Below, one piece after another: positions 39,001 to 50,920 of a stretch of 64,000 nt of DNA. Each line of letters begins with the position of its first letter. Position 1 is the first letter of the stretch. The notes below the pieces were generated by a model. The model searched no databases, was not told the DNA's origin, and was given only the letters and a program-made list of their open reading frames with translations. The translations under genes were made by a program, and so were the position numbers. This stretch comes from Saccostrea echinata (lineage: Eukaryota), in NCBI RefSeq assembly GCF_033153115.1, contig NW_026889800.1, positions 4,154,001-4,218,000 of the forward strand. The letters are read 5' to 3'.

Positions 39001-42000
39001 TAATTTTACTTCATCGTAATCTCTTTGAATAATCAACACATGCTTACATGTATCTTTAGTTTTACAAGGAATGCGACAGTGTATGAACAGCAGGTACCCG
39101 CAGCTTGATAAATACAGAAAAGCAGTGGTAGCTTTAATGGAATCAACAGGTCAAAATACTGCAAGTAATGAAATGTCCAGGAGCCTTTTCTGTCGGTAAG
39201 TTAATGTAGTTAGTAGTATAAATCGTGATTGAGTTGATTATTTAAAATACAGTAAATATGTTTGAATAGGAATTCGGTCCTAAAAATTCTCACTTTAAAG
39301 GAACAATTTAATATGCTTTGCCAATTCTCGATAGATAATTTAAAATAATCTACTCGGTTATATAGAATTTTCAAAGTTTAGGTGGTAATTATTTCCTGAT
39401 GCACATTAATTTTATCGAAAAACTTTCATTAAAGCACAGTATTTTTTTTTTTTTTTTTTGAAAATGTGATTGGAATTTTAAGTATTATTTTGTTGTTGTT
39501 TTTTTTTTAATTTCCCTAAAACTGAAATGTAAAGATAACGAACAATGTCATTCTCAAAAGTCAATTTAAACAATACGAATAATGAGCAGAGCCAACATGG
39601 ACATCTGAAAACAGAGGTGGGATCGGATGCCATGGAGGAGTAAGCATCCCCTGTCGACCGGTAACACCCACCCTGTGCTCCTTGTCATGAATGGGTACAC
39701 GAAAAACACAGTAGGTAATTCAGTGTGAGAATAATGACCTAACAATTTGTATGAAAGACAGTTTTATGAAATTATATAAGATGAACTAAAAGCATAAATG
39801 AGGAAAAAAACATTAGTCAACATTCGACTCAACGATGGATTGCATTTACTAACAAGGTCATTGTATCGACTATATAATTTGCTAATTGTTGGCTTTAGAC
39901 GAGATTGCTGATATCCTTGCATCATCACCTTTTTTGCCAATATCCTACATCCAGCTGGGAGATGTAAACTCCATATGCAGCTGATATAGGAATATTGCTA
40001 CATAAAATAGGAAAGTTGAAGATAAAAAAGTTAAAGTCATCACGTTTATCATAAAGTTTGGTTTTCAGTTTGCCATCAATGTCTTCCTCTAGTAAAACAT
40101 CCAGATATGAAACAGAAGTATCAGATTGTTGAGTCTTTTATTTCGAGTTCATATGGATGTTTCGAATCAACGTAGAAATGGAAATTAATATTGTTAAATG
40201 ATATAACGTCGTTGATATATTTAAATTTCGAAGTAAAGGCCACAACAAGAGGCTTCCTTTTTTCATGTAGATGTTTTTTAAAATTATTTTAAATTTCTGC
40301 TTCATATGAATACAAAAAATGTCTGCTAATAAAGGGGCACAATTAGGATCCATGGTAATTCTAACAGGTTTGGAAGACCGGATCTCCAAACACTCATAGA
40401 CATTGTCAATAAGAAACCCAAGTCATGCATCATCTTAATACCAACCTCGGAGTACTTGTGTTTGGAAACAGGATGTTTAATAAAATAAGTTGCAGGTGGC
40501 CATTGAAAAAGGCATGCGTATTTACAAGTTCCATTTTTATTGTAGAAGCAATTGTCAATGATGTCAAGAAGTCTGGTCTTAATTTATCGAAGGGAATGGT
40601 TGTATAAAGTGTTGAAAAGTCGTACGTTTTGATGCTATTGATTTTGGGGGGAAATTATTTCAAATTTACTAATATTCCAAGAAGTTTTTAAGTATTTACA
40701 TCTTATTAACTTCACCTCTCGAATACTGTTGGTAATGATCCTTTATTAGCCGACATGTTTTTACTCCTATTAAGAGTTTATTCAAAAATGTGTACATGAG
40801 AAGAAAGAATTTGCTGTGTGTTTTATCAATTAACAATAGTTAGACTTTTTGACATCATTGACAGCTGCTTTATCAATAAAAATGGAACTCCTAAATTTAA
40901 TTACCTTGTCATTAATCATTTAAAAAATTATTTTGTTAAAAAACATTCTTATTGTACACATAGGTAATCTTAAGTTGATACTAAAAAGATGCTTGAGTTT
41001 CTGATTGACAATATATATGTGGTTTTTGGAGACCAGATCTTCCAGAAATCTGTTGGAATTCCCATGGGTACCAATTGCGCCCCGTTATTAGCAGACCTAT
41101 TTTGGTATTCATATGAAGCAGAATTTATTCAAAATGATATACATGAGAAAAAGATATCTCTTGCTATGGCCTTCAACTCGATATTTAGAAATATTGACGA
41201 CGTATTATCAATTAACAATAGTCATTTCCATTCATATGTCGACACGATATATCCCAGTGAGCTTGAAATAAAAGATATACAGAGTCTGACATATCTGTTT
41301 CACATTTGGATATTTTATTAGAAAAAGATGTTAATGGTAATCTAACAACCAAGCTTAATGATAAACAGGATGACTTTAACATTTCAATCGTCAACTTCCC
41401 TTTCTTATGCAACAATATACCTTATCACCTGCATTTGGGATGATATTTTTTCAGTTGATTCGATACGCAAGAGCATGCTCTACGTATGAACAATTTCTAA
41501 AACGAGGTAAGTTATTGACAAACAAGTTGATGAAACAAGGATATCAACAGACTTGTTTAAAGTCTTCATTCGTAAGTTCTAAGATCGATACAATGACCAT
41601 GTCAGCAAATACAGTCTATCATTTAGTCCTATGCTGACTGATGTTATTTCTTACTAATTGTTAGGCCATTATTTACACACTGAATTGTCGACGGATTTTT
41701 ACCGACTGTGGATGGCAGGTGTGGCCGGTCGGCAGGGATGCTCGCTCCTCCGTTTCACCTGGTCCCCCCTCTGTTTTTGGAGGTCCGTGTTTGCTCTGCT
41801 CCCGATTTGTATTGTTTTAATGGACTTTTAGCTTGAAAATGCTATTCGTTGTCTCCATATTTTATTACTTCCATTCAAATGTCGAGTCGATATATCAAAT
41901 GAACCCGAAATAAAAGAAGACACCTCTGAGTCTGCCACATCTATTTAATATTTGGATGTTTTACTGATTATAGATGAAAGAGCCAATAACATCTAAATTG

Positions 42001-42403
42001 TATGACAAAGGAGATGAATTCAGCTTTTCCATCGTCAACTTTCCTTATTTATGTAGTAATATTTCGTTATTGCCTACATATGTGGTTCACGTTTCCCAAC
42101 TTATTTGATACTAGAGTGCATGCTTTGATTACGACCAATTTTCAAACCGAGGCAGGCTACTGACAGTTGTGTCTTTGAAATAGTATTTTTATTATCTGTT
42201 CAGTAAAAAAAATTATTCCATATTTTATTTGAAACAGATCATACAACCAGCTCTTGAACACAACATTAGAAGAGTTAAAAAGTTGCAATGAGATCGAATT
42301 TCAATGGACTGCAGAAAATGTAGACACCTTTCGACACCATTTCTATCCAGCAATCATTGGAGAGACGATGCATTTTCAATGCAATGATCCTGCTGCAATG
42401 TGA
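33070..42403 (+). CDS. Uncharacterised secreted Cys-rich protein, paralog 2, 225 aa; exons 33070-33130, 36801-36981, 38838-38971, 39060-39195, 42238-42403
   Basis: All introns are GT-AG. Exons sum to 678 nt with no internal stop: MSATVFVSLMLGMAVYVHNLEGQFWTKREAQEYTYTSFDLNVSPCMKLYSCPKTPPDVLFLGDTEEGEIVLKENYFTDCCRYMSELLQCGKDLNINDLPECRDERNFLLVIAARETTMCKTPIFPLLQGMRQCMNSRYPQLDKYRKAVVALMESTGQNTASNEMSRSLFCRSYNQLLNTTLEELKSCNEIEFQWTAENVDTFRHHFYPAIIGETMHFQCNDPAAM*. Two AATAAA follow at ~42444-42459. Exon-by-exon homology to paralog 1. Confidence 0.85.
35840..36560 (+). mobile_element. Penelope-like RT fragment (internally deleted)
   Basis: YVILPAEKA..NNII, NPTYTDTSLSKDEILQN, SSKCSTKPLS, ILKDSKELL, NCALF.ADL, YPSEFEIKDTTESSTSVSYLD. 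Confidence 0.75.
37250..38370 (+). repeat. Degenerate ~37-bp minisatellite (aatgaacaccttaaaacactaagctactag-like), split by a HINE
   Basis: Units at 37250-37400 and 37830-38370. Confidence 0.65.
37402..37829 (-). mobile_element. HINE-type element (second family); a related fragment lies at ~52970-53120
   Basis: Starts aacaag..gtattgcattagcaatac (hairpin), has two ~150-bp internal repeats and (gaca)n, and ends agtcccttccggtttcaccggtaggggactaa. Confidence 0.7.
39530..40730 (-). mobile_element. Penelope-like element fragment (RT plus 3' module)
   Basis: Minus strand: KTYDFSTLYTTIP, MDPNCAPLLAD, decayed C-terminus; terminal module at 39530-39700. Confidence 0.8.
40730..42170 (+). mobile_element. 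Penelope-like element fragments (RT core, thumb and 3' module to ~41860; partial re-duplication 41870-42170)
   Basis: MLEFLIDNIYVVFGDQIFQKSVGIPMGTNCAPLLADLF..FRNIDDVLSINN..YPSELEIKD; QLIRYARACS..RGKLLTNKLMKQGY. Confidence 0.9.
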
Positions 42404-45400
42404 AAATACTGTTAAGGAATTCTTATAAAATGAAACTAAAGTCAATAAATTGCAATAAACAGGTTTTTTATGAACATTTACATCATAGAATATCTGAGTT
42501 ACGGTATATCAAGGAAAATAAACATAAATATAGCTTCCTCTTCTACGAGACCGAGTCACTTATTACATAATATGGAAGTGTTTATATATTTAATTTGTAT
42601 AATGCATAGTTTCACTTTTTATAAACAAAACTTTTTGTTCATTTTTACCTTGGAAGGGAGGGATATTTAATTGGCTAAGTTTTTAACAACAACAGTCATT
42701 TAAACAGCATTATCTGAGACTTTCTTTAGCGATGAATTTCAGTAAATATTTATCATATTGTAATCTGTAGGGTGGGTTCTAACCACGAACAATAATTCTT
42801 CTTAATGTTGTCTGCGTTAATATGTTTTTGTGCAAATTAACAAAGTCGCTACACTTCGACTTCAACTGATTGGTATATAATTAAGCTAGTTTTCACTTTT
42901 ATCCTTTTTTATTCTCTTAATTGTCCAAGACCGTAGTCTGAAACCCCTGTATTCGAGTCGCTGCTTGCAGACTTTTTATGTCTGAACCAAGTCCCCAGGA
43001 CATAGTCTGAAACATAAAGTTTGATACACCTGTTTAGACTTGTCAATAAAAGCTATCTTTATTCTCTAAGGCTTAAGGAATAAATGAGACACCTTAAATG
43101 AAACCCAATATTCCTATTTCTTCTTTTTTTTGCTTCCTTACAGGACTGCTTTATGAACCTTACATGATAGTACCTGCTTTATATATCTTTCAAGATACGT
43201 CTCATATACTCCATAGTCTCTCAAATGTTTGATATAATCATATGAACAAAGAGGACAGAATTTGATTGACAAGATCTACTTGACCTAGAATAGTTAATTT
43301 CTCTATTATTAATCTAACAGCAGAAATTGCATCAAGTTTTCATATATTTCGTTGTCGTTTCCAAATGATACAATCAACTTTGTTTAAAACAACGATGTAC
43401 TACAAAATAACATTTCCTGCACATTTATCAGGGTCAAGATTGATACATAAAATACGTTCCATCTAAATTTCTTTTCTCAAGAAGGTATTTAATCATTGGT
43501 GTGTAGATGATTATATTTACCTAACGCTCTTTCTTGATTGCAATTATTCTAAGAATTTTGTTAACTCCGACTCTTCAAATGGAATTTATAAGTAATTATC
43601 AAGTACTACTATACAGCAAGATGAGTATATTTTCACGGAAATTTCTCACCGATACCAAAACCACAAGAAATAAATACTACTGAGTAAATCCAATACACAA
43701 TGTAACTGCTTGTATTTCATTAAACGAAATTCTATGTATTGACAAAATGAACATTGAAACAACCTGAATGTATCTAATTGTTGACATAATTTATTCATTG
43801 CGATGGGTAGAGTGTTTCTGATGAAAGAAGAGATGTAAAAGATGTAATTATACTCCTACAATATTTGTCTGCTTAGATGAAATTTGGTGTAAAATCGGCC
43901 TTGAAAATATACATCATTCTTTGTTTTTATTCTCAATACACCATATGACTGCTTGTATCTAATAAGACAAAATTCGCTAGTAGGTTATATTTTTTTTCAG
44001 TTTTGGGGTTTTTATTTATGTTTGAAATAAATATGGATATAACTGTATAACTATTAGATTTAACTGATGTGAAAAAGAAACACATTTTTTTTTACATTAC
44101 ATGTAAATTGGAACAAATTTAATACCTTGTTTACTTTCAGCTGAACCCAGAAAACAAGAAATTCGGTACGAAATATCAAATCACTTTGAAACTTGATATC
44201 AAAACCGAAATTTGGTAAAACAAAGAAATATTCCTGAGAAGAAAATATATGAGCTTACATATAATGTTGTGTCCCAGTTAGAAAGGCATTGTCTTTGCCT
44301 TTTCATCAAATCATCAGTCCTACTATTGCTTCCTTGTCTTCAGGCTTATGATAATATGTAGACTTGTGATACTTCATGAGTCATACATTTTTTTTTATCA
44401 ATCAATTCCATTAAACGAGTAGGGAGGTAACATTTGGTCGTGTTTGGTTAGTATTTCTGTAAAACCTGTCTTTATGCCGATGTTTGATCCTCCTTTGTTA
44501 AACCTAAATTGATTAATTAGTATCTTTACATACCATTTATTTCTTAACACCTGATGCTTGACATGCGATATGTTTGTTAAAGTTTATCAATAGTAATTTG
44601 CTTCATATAAAACCTGTTGTAAGATGCACATGACAGATATGTTATTATTCCCTTATTGATCGAAATATGATGTTTGAAGTTTCAATTTATACAAAGAATA
44701 AAACATATGTTTCTCGAATTATTTTGCATTTTTATTTATCCCATGACATGTCTATGTATCAATATCGATAACAGCAACATTTGTTAAATAAATAAAGATA
44801 ATTGTAGAAAAAAAATTGACAAAACAACATACCTACACCTTGTTCTCGATAGAAGATAGGCTTGTCAAAAGTACAAAAAAAAAATTAAAAAAAAAATAAG
44901 CCTCAATTATAATTGTAAAATTATAGAGTATTCCCCTTTATGTTGACTGTTAGGCTAAATTAAAGGAGTATAAATTATGCATAAAAAGTCTAATCAAGGA
45001 AAAAGATACTGTAAATAGACGTATGAAGTGAAAGATTCTCCTAACAATGCATAAGAATCAGCTTAGCATGTTAAAAACCATTCTCTGTAATAACTCGAAA
45101 TTTAATACTGGAGTTGTGGCACGCATAGTCTTAGAATTTTTCTCCAAACTGTCTGCGCTGAAAGTTCTTTGATACAGTAATCTCAAATCAGGCAAAAATT
45201 TGTTCCTATGCCTCATGGTTACCATGGTAAATTGCCATAAAGTTTGAAAGATGTCATTTTCAACATCATGAACATGTTCAGGACGTCTGTATATGGATGA
45301 AAAAATTTCGAACGGGACGTAAAACAACAATCAATCAATCAACATGTTCAGTGTTCCATAGTTAACGCTTACAGCAGTGCAAACAAGTGGTAATGACTGC

Positions 45401-46629
45401 TTCCAAAAGTTGAAGGCTTGATGTCTTAAATGCATGATAAACATATTTGAGAAATCAATTTTACATGTTACTATGGAAACAAAGTATTCAAAAGTAAAAA
45501 TTTTATTCATTCATTTTCATACCGTCATACACTCAAAAATAAAAACAAGTAAAAGACAAAGATCCTGGTAATACATACCAAGGACGAAATGTGATAACAA
45601 TGTTATCAATGACAATGTTATTGGTTGGCAATGGTTGCCATGGTTTTAATACTGCAAAGGGATTTAAAAGTTACTCTCTGGGTGTTTTAAGCTGATCCTT
45701 TCTTTTTTAAAAAAGCAGATTTCTATTTAACTGTTGGTCAATTTTCAAAGGTGTTGATGTTGTCTTAATTTTTATTTTTCACAAAATTCAATTTAAATAT
45801 TCTTTCTAATTCTAATAGAAGTAAGCTGAAAAAATATGCATAAAAAGTTGAAAAATATTTTGTTTACTTGGAAACGTACCCTTGTTTGTATATTCCCAAA
45901 ACTTTTGTGATTGATATTTATGAACAATCAACCTGACTTTCAATTTTGACTTCCACACAATCTCTAACTGGATGCAAGAAACTACCACATGGGGTTTAAT
46001 ATTGCCATGAAGTGAACAAAGTCGAACATTTTCTCTTCTTGGTAACCATAGCAACAGTGGGTTTTTTTTTCTTCATCAAACTTTACCAATATATATTCAC
46101 TTTTAGCTCTATCAGTTAAATACTATTTTTGAAAAGTCAAAAAAAATATGTTTCTTGATTGAATTGTTACAAATTCCTAAAGCAACAAAAAAAATTTCAC
46201 TATAAACCACTGGTATGTTATTTCCATGGTTAAGCTGCAAAGTAGCAATTAATCCAAATTTTTCTTACGCTACTTGTGTTACAAGGTCCTAGCAATAGAT
46301 ATTCGTCAGTCTAGAATGTTTCTATGTTTTTCCTCAAGAAATAGGATCAACCAAAACTTAGCAGCAAATTTGTATGGCCACACCACACTGTGTTACCAAG
46401 GCAACCATGAAAGTTATATTTTTAGAAAAATATTATCAATAACTAATTGCCTAATTACCTAAGGTTAATTACTGTGGAATCATCATTGTTCGTGGGGACC
46501 AATGTTCATGGATTTCGGTGGTTACTCTTACTCACGAATTTACATCCCCACATACGTTTATTTTGTAAACATATTGATTTATAGAATCCACATATTTTTA
46601 TTGTTTTTATTGAGTTCTTGATTGATTTT

Positions 46630-47160
46630 GATCAGGTGCCATGGAGGAGTGAGCATCCCCTGTCGACCGGTCCACCCGCCCTGTGCTCGTTGTCCTGATC
46701 GGTAAATTGAAAAATCCGCAGAGAATTTAAAACGAAAATAATACCCTAGCAGTTTTTATGAAAAACGTCAGTCAGCATTCTACTTTGCGATAGATAAAAT
46801 TTGCTATTTGTATCGACAATAGAATTTGCGAAATGTTGACTTTAAGCAGGACTGTTGATATCCTTGTGTCATCCACTTATTTGTCAATAGCGAGACATAA
46901 ATTCCGTATGCAGGTGATAATGGTATATGACTTCATAAATAAGAGAGGTTAATAATAGAAAAATTGAAGTTATCACGTATATCATAAAGTTTTGTTATCG
47001 GATTACATATTAATGTTTTTTTAGTAAAATTTCCAAATATGAAACAAATGTGTTAGACTCACTAGTCAACGTAGGAATGAAAAATGAATATTTGTTATTT
47101 ATAAAACGTCGGCGATATATCTTAGTGTCGAAATTATCAATGATGTCATTATTTTTCATG
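46630..47160 (-). mobile_element. Penelope-like 3' fragment
   Basis: gatcaggtgccatggaggagtgagcatcccctgtcgaccggt followed by a decayed RT C-terminus. Confidence 0.7.
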
Positions 47161-47581
47161 AACTTTTATAGGCCAAATATTTTTGTGACATGGGTTACAG
47201 TGACTTACACTGGATTAAGATTATATTGTATAAAGGGTCGAATTTCTGTGCCTATGATAAATATTTCATAACGTCTTTCATGCAATTTTTTTTCATCAGG
47301 TGTTTACATACAGAAAACTACCGAAAAAGTTCTCCTTGATATTAAGAGGAAAATACATTGGACATAATTTTATGTTCATTGGCACAACTTAAGAGCCTTC
47401 TACAAACTGCACACTAAAGAGTTCTGATTTAGTGGTATGTTATAAAGAAAGATTAATCCGTCCTTTGATCTAGGTTAAAATTAATTGAAATGTACAGTTT
47501 ATTAGTTAATTTCTGATCGAATTCAGCAATTATAGCATTATAATAGCTAAGATGAATAGATTGAACACTTCATTTTCAGGT

Positions 47582-47918
47582 GGCTTTCACGGTAGGTCAG
47601 TCGGTAGAGCACTCGCTCCATGATCGAAAAATCAGGGCCTCCACTTACTTAAGTCGATAAAAATAGGTTTCAACTGTTCCTTCGCCAAGCCCTCAGCACT
47701 TTGAAGTGAAAGTTGCGGGTCTTTCAGGTGAGACATAAACAACCGAGGCCCCGTGTTACGGCAGGTGTTGGCACGATATAGATCCCCACTGCTCAATGGC
47801 CCTAATGCCGAGTAAAGGCCCAAATTTGTAGCCCTTCGCCGGTAAATGGTGACGTCTCTATATATGAGTAAAAATTCTCGAATGGAACGTTAAACAACAT
47901 ACAATCATTTGATCAATT
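47582..47918 (+). mobile_element. tRNA-derived SINE with 10-bp TSD
   Basis: TSD attttcaggt at 47572-47581 and 47919-47928; A box ggtcagtcggtagagc; caat tail. Confidence 0.85.
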
Positions 47919-47944
47919 ATTTTCAGGTATTTTGACCACTTAAG

Positions 47945-48147
47945 TTTGTTGTTTGTTTGTTGTTGAAGTTCCCTCTCGAGAATTTTTCGCTCATATGGAG
48001 ACGCCACCACTTGCCGGTGTAGGGCTGTAAATTTAAACCTATACTCGGCACTCAGGGTCATTGAGCAATGAGGAATCTTTTTCATGCCAGCACCTGCTGT
48101 GACTCAGGACCTCGGTTTATACGGTCTCATCCGAAGGACCGCCCTAC
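47945..48147 (-). mobile_element. SINE 3' half, inverted relative to its neighbour
   Basis: (ttgt)n tail, then ctctcgagaatttttc..ctcggcactcagggtcattgagca..catccgaaggaccg. Confidence 0.8.
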
Positions 48148-48711
48148 TTAAATAAACAAAAGTGATTTGTGATCATCAGTACTTCATTGTCTTTTTGTTT
48201 TTCGCCTTTAGTCTATGGAGGGTTTTAAAAAATAGTGGACATTTTTATGGTCATTGGTCATTATGGTCAACTTAACTGAGTTTAAGCAGGAAGCGTCCAG
48301 TTCTCAGATAAATCAATTTAACACAAATGACTTTAATAAATTATGTTAGATGTAATTGAAAATTTGTTTATATGATCCTTTATTGCATGCTTTAAATTTC
48401 CATCAACAACACATACTACCTTCCAGTAAAATATCTTACACCTGAGAAAGATCTTGTTTTACTAGACAGTATTATTAGGGATTTTTTTCTTGTAATAAAC
48501 AAGATGTGTATGTAAAACATTGCTTTACAAAAAAATAGCCTGAATTACCGCCCAGGCAATGATAAACAACATCAGTAAGTTCGTAATGCTAATGGTCGAT
48601 CGACAAATGGTTCAATGATTCTTCAAAGAATTAAATTAATTAACACTGTATCATCACATGTTTAGTAAATTTCCATAAATTGACCGGACATCGATTACAG
48701 GAAAAATATTA

Positions 48712-48746
48712 TATAAATATAATAAGATTGACATTAGTGTTTCATT
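48712..48746 (+). promoter_or_regulatory. TATA box and initiator-like motif of the lectin gene
   Basis: tataaa (48712) with tcatt ~30 nt downstream and the ATG at 48765. Confidence 0.5.
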
Positions 48747-48764
48747 CGACACACAGAAGAAAAC

Positions 48765-50408
48765 ATGTGGAAGATCTTGGTTCTCCTAGCTGTGTTTCTT
48801 GTAATACAAGGTACTATAATTTTAATGTTTCTAATATATGACATAAAATTTCACTAAAAACATGAATCATATCAAGTAAAACATTCACTGTGTATCTTGT
48901 TAACCTACGTAATTTCTGTATATTTTATTTACTTTAATTATCTTTTAATATTTCAAGATACTGATGGTTTCTGGTGGAGAAGAAGTGAGTATTATTAATA
49001 ATTTTAAATATTCAGGGAAGAAAATATACATTTTTTTCTATACCAGGTTTTTTTTTTTTCAAGTTATACTTTCTTCGATAAAAGATATCAAAATCTACGA
49101 CTAAATATGTTGTATTTATTGCTAAAATGACATGATATGCTTAAATTGTTAAAAATGAATTAAGACTGAAGAAATTTCATTTTTTCTATCTGCATATAAA
49201 TGTCAAAACCTTCTCCTAAACTAAAGATAGGTTTTTGCTCTCAATAAATGTGATTCTCCGACAATCTATCATTGGGTCGTATTTTGAGCGATATTTCATA
49301 CCAATTATCAGGACTGTTTTTACACAAAATTAGACTACGGAATTATTCCGTCTACCTAATCCAAACGTAGGTCTCACAAAGGATGTTACAGGTCGACAAG
49401 AGATGCTTACTCCTCCTAGGCACCTGATCCCACCTCTGGAATTCCCGGGGGTCCATGTTTTATGCCCTGTTCACAGATATGTAGGTTGTTTGTAGGTTTT
49501 TATTATGTTGATCACTGTTTTTTATCTTCAACCTTTTTCACACAAGTCTATTTTTTTCCTTACTTGAATTCAGGCAAAGAACTAAATACTTGTGTATAAA
49601 CTCATGTACCTGCAGAAGATAAGATCGCGTGGAATAGCTTGGTAAATGGAGAACATTTTTATTTGAGCATCATATCTTGGTAAAATCCATAGGAGTCAAA
49701 TAATATATGGTTGTCAGTATAAAATTAAGTATTCGTAATTACACCTATAGTTTTACTAATATGCTGACCTATCTTACTGGCTCCTCTTTTTTAACCATTT
49801 ACAAAAATATATACCAAAACTGATAAAATTATATATCAGCAAGTGGAAGATCAAAATTAGAAATTAAGAATTAAGTTTTAAAGAAGAAGGTAGAATTTTG
49901 TGGTTAATAAATAAAGATTATACCTGGATTCCATGAGGCATTAGAAATAGACAATGAGAAAAGGATGGGGTATTGCTAGAGAAGGAAAATATTCTATTGT
50001 TTCCGAAATTATGTAAAACTTGCAATTACTACCTTGTTTAGATAATTAAAGAATTGCTACATTTCCGTTAGATTTTTTAATTACATAATTTTCATTTAAA
50101 TAACAGGAAGGTATGTACACACGAAAACAGCATGTGAACATCGCCGAATGATTTTGAATTGCGGAAGACATCGGTACATTCGAGTGCACTATGCTGCATA
50201 TGGCCGACAAAACTCAAGAACCTGTTCAAGAAAGGGTGCTAGTCATTGTAGCACAAGATGTAGATCCAGAAAATCCCTGTTTGTAGTAAAAAGATTATGC
50301 AACGGGAAAAGCAGATGCTCCATTAAGGCCAGCAATTCCGTATTTGGAGATCCGTGTAAAGGAACCTACAAATACCTTAGAGTGAAGTATTACTGCAAAA
50401 GTAAGTAA
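48765..50408 (+). CDS. Secreted SUEL-type (rhamnose/galactose-binding) lectin; exons 48765-48810, 48958-48984, 50107-50400/50408
   Basis: MWKILVLLAVFLVIQ|DTDGFWWRR|RRYVHTKTACEHRRMILNCGRHRYIRVHYAAYGRQNSRTC..CRSRKSLFVVKRLCNGKSRCSIKASNSVFGDPCKGTYKYLRVKYYC. SUEL motifs A(N/A)YGR and FGDPCxGTxKYL; phase-1 GT-AG introns. A donor-like gtaagt at 50401 suggests the gene may continue into the gap. Confidence 0.9.
49330..49540 (+). mobile_element. Solitary Penelope-like 3' module in the lectin intron
   Basis: gatgcttactcctcctaggcacctgatcccacctctgg..gtcc.tgttt..ttgatcactgtt..ttatcttca. Confidence 0.7.
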
Positions 50409-50466
50409 GGTTTCTTCACACAGAAAGTCGACTACATCTAAGGAAGTGCAATTCTCTCCTCGGTGT

Positions 50467-50920
50467 NNNNNNNNNNNNNNNNNNNNNNNNNNNNNNNNNN
50501 NNNNNNNNNNNNNNNNNNNNNNNNNNNNNNNNNNNNNNNNNNNNNNNNNNNNNNNNNNNNNNNNNNNNNNNNNNNNNNNNNNNNNNNNNNNNNNNNNNNN
50601 NNNNNNNNNNNNNNNNNNNNNNNNNNNNNNNNNNNNNNNNNNNNNNNNNNNNNNNNNNNNNNNNNNNNNNNNNNNNNNNNNNNNNNNNNNNNNNNNNNNN
50701 NNNNNNNNNNNNNNNNNNNNNNNNNNNNNNNNNNNNNNNNNNNNNNNNNNNNNNNNNNNNNNNNNNNNNNNNNNNNNNNNNNNNNNNNNNNNNNNNNNNN
50801 NNNNNNNNNNNNNNNNNNNNNNNNNNNNNNNNNNNNNNNNNNNNNNNNNNNNNNNNNNNNNNNNNNNNNNNNNNNNNNNNNNNNNNNNNNNNNNNNNNNN
50901 NNNNNNNNNNNNNNNNNNNN
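50467..50920. other. Assembly gap (N run)
   Basis: Run of n. Confidence 0.99.

Noticed and set aside
45060-46470. Region rich in ccatggcaac/gttaccatgg motifs, probably a DNA transposon relic
   Set aside because: I could not define termini or a TSD, so it is not called.
49616-49641. Possible extra lectin micro-exon (cag|aagat...cttg|gtaaat)
   Set aside because: At 26 nt it would break the phase-1/phase-1 junction, and the gene splices in frame without it.
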